NCBI GenBank assembly: GCA_030324005.1
Contig: JARDVH010000121.1
Coordinates: 10,633,553-10,684,533 of the forward strand
Direction of reading: 5' to 3'
DNA: 50,981 bases
Source: Negaprion brevirostris
Lineage: Eukaryota
Under the pieces are notes generated by a model, which worked only from the letters and a program-made list of their open reading frames with translations, made no database searches and was not told the origin of the DNA. The translations under genes were made by a program, and so were the position numbers. Below, piece by piece: positions 49,298-50,981 of the stretch (position 1 is the first letter of the stretch; every line of letters begins with the position of its first letter).

Positions 49298-50240
49298 TGT
49301 GACGAAACTGTGCATTTGAGAAATGTACTTTCTTTACGATTATTGTGGACGATCTGTTTTATTCGTTTATATTTCGTCATAATCAGAATCATGCATTGTT
49401 AATGCAGCTGTATAATTGCACCTAATTGATAGAGAGATTTTTTTTTAGATCTGGACCAACTTGTTACTTTCTTATTTCTTGTTCCCCTGGAGTTTTGCTG
49501 CAAAGGACTTGATTAGATTGAATAATATCTCAGGTAACATGATCGGCTAGAGCGAGGCTTACGCAGAATCTTCAGGTCAATTGTTCATATAGTGGTTGAT
49601 TTGCGTTGAGAGAGTACTGTGTTCTTTTCCCTTGTCTGAAGTTGAGGACTGAAATCTGCCTGGAAGTATTTTTTTTTCTCTGAAATTATGTTAAATGGAA
49701 GTGGATCTTTCTCTGAATGTTGCTGCTTGGAAGCAGCAGAAAGGCAGATATCCCTTTCTGTATCTGAAGGCTGGACTGGGCGTTGTCAGAAATTAGGCTT
49801 CAACTCTGATGTTCTACTGATTGAGAGTATATATTTTCGGGGGGAACTGTTCTCCAGATCACTATCCAGAAGTGTTAAAAGTCCGGAAATCTGGCAGCAA
49901 GTGAGCCTAATTGTTTTTCTGCAAAATAATTTGAAGTAAATGTCACCTCTGTGGAGATATTGTTTGGACTGGAACTATAGAGAATGATTTTATTCAGAAT
50001 AAATCTTTGATATTGTTATTTATTTTAATTGGTGAATGCTGAAGTAATTAATTTTGCTCTTTTATGTGTTCTTAAATAACGCTTATTTTTGACCAAAATT
50101 TTCCAAATGGGCAAATTGAATCATATCTGGAATGCAACTCGCAGTGCTCCCCCTAATATGCAAATTAGATGTAACAGTTGGGGTGGAGGCTAACTGCATA
50201 ACGTACCTTGGAATTTCTGGTTTGGTCCCTCAGCACCACA
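49298..50240 (+). mobile_element. Probable solo LTR, distantly related to the LTR at 3396-4337
   Basis: TGTG start and CACA end, about 940 bp, AATAAA near 49998, patchy similarity to the reverse complement of 3396-4337; no clear target-site duplication. Confidence 0.5.
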
Positions 50241-50981
50241 TGGGTGTGCTGGGATGGCAGTTTCGTTACTTCAGTCGCCAGCACAATTTTACATGAACTG
50301 CATCTAGCTTTGCTTTCCTCACAAGTTGCAGCATTATTTTTGGGAACCCTTAACAGACCTCCAGTTCCATATCAATACTCTTCTTAATCCGGACATCATT
50401 GCTTTACATTTCTGTTCTTAGATTTACCACCTCCTCTTTGCAAAACAACATTGAATCTTACACAATAGCCACATATATTTTCATTCTCACGTGAATATCC
50501 GAGCAAGGAGCTGAGTAGGCCATTTGCCCGACGATCTCTGATCTACCATTCCGAAAGATGAAGATTATAGTTCCATGCGACCAGAATTTGCACCTTACTC
50601 CAAGTAGGAAACCAAGATTTCACACAAGCTTGGCACGGCATTTCCACTTTGCAATTATTTCTGCCCATTTGGCAAGAGTATTGGTTTTCATCTACCTTTG
50701 AAATTTAGGCCTTTGACGCAACCTGCAGTTATGGTAATACAATTGATAGCTTAATCAGTTTGCTTTCCTGCCCTGTGTGCACGTGCATTTCCTAAGTAAG
50801 ACATCACATTTCATCTTTGTTTTCAACATGCATCGCAACACGCTTAGACATCTTAAATCACTTTGAAAATAATGTTCATATTCCACAAAATTAATAAACA
50901 TTTTTCTGAGTATTGCTTCGCAGCAAAGAAATACATTTGGTGCAAATTCGATGATTTTGGTCTCAATTGGTAAAAGCAATT

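Overview
Vertebrate genomic DNA, most likely from a cartilaginous fish (shark), judged from HE1-type tRNA SINEs, shark-type CR1 LINEs and Penelope-derived hairpin elements. Much of the window is decayed transposons: a SCAN/Gmr1-like and a K02A2.6-like Gypsy element, CR1, L2/CR1-type and Rex1 LINEs, SINEs, a solo LTR and simple repeats. The six-frame ORF track is almost entirely TE remnants or noise. The main result is invisible to that track. Eleven plus-strand micro-exons of 27 or 36 nt lie across about 42 kb (6891-48786), all AG/GT-bounded and all symmetric phase 1. They fall into three paralogous classes (B, A, D) in the order B-A-D-B-A-B-A-D-B-A-D. They splice into a stop-free 111-codon heptad coiled coil with periodic core cysteines. 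No start or end exon was recognised in the window, so the gene family is unassigned; the architecture resembles butyrophilin/chicken BG heptad-exon tails. TE boundaries are approximate and come from reading by eye.
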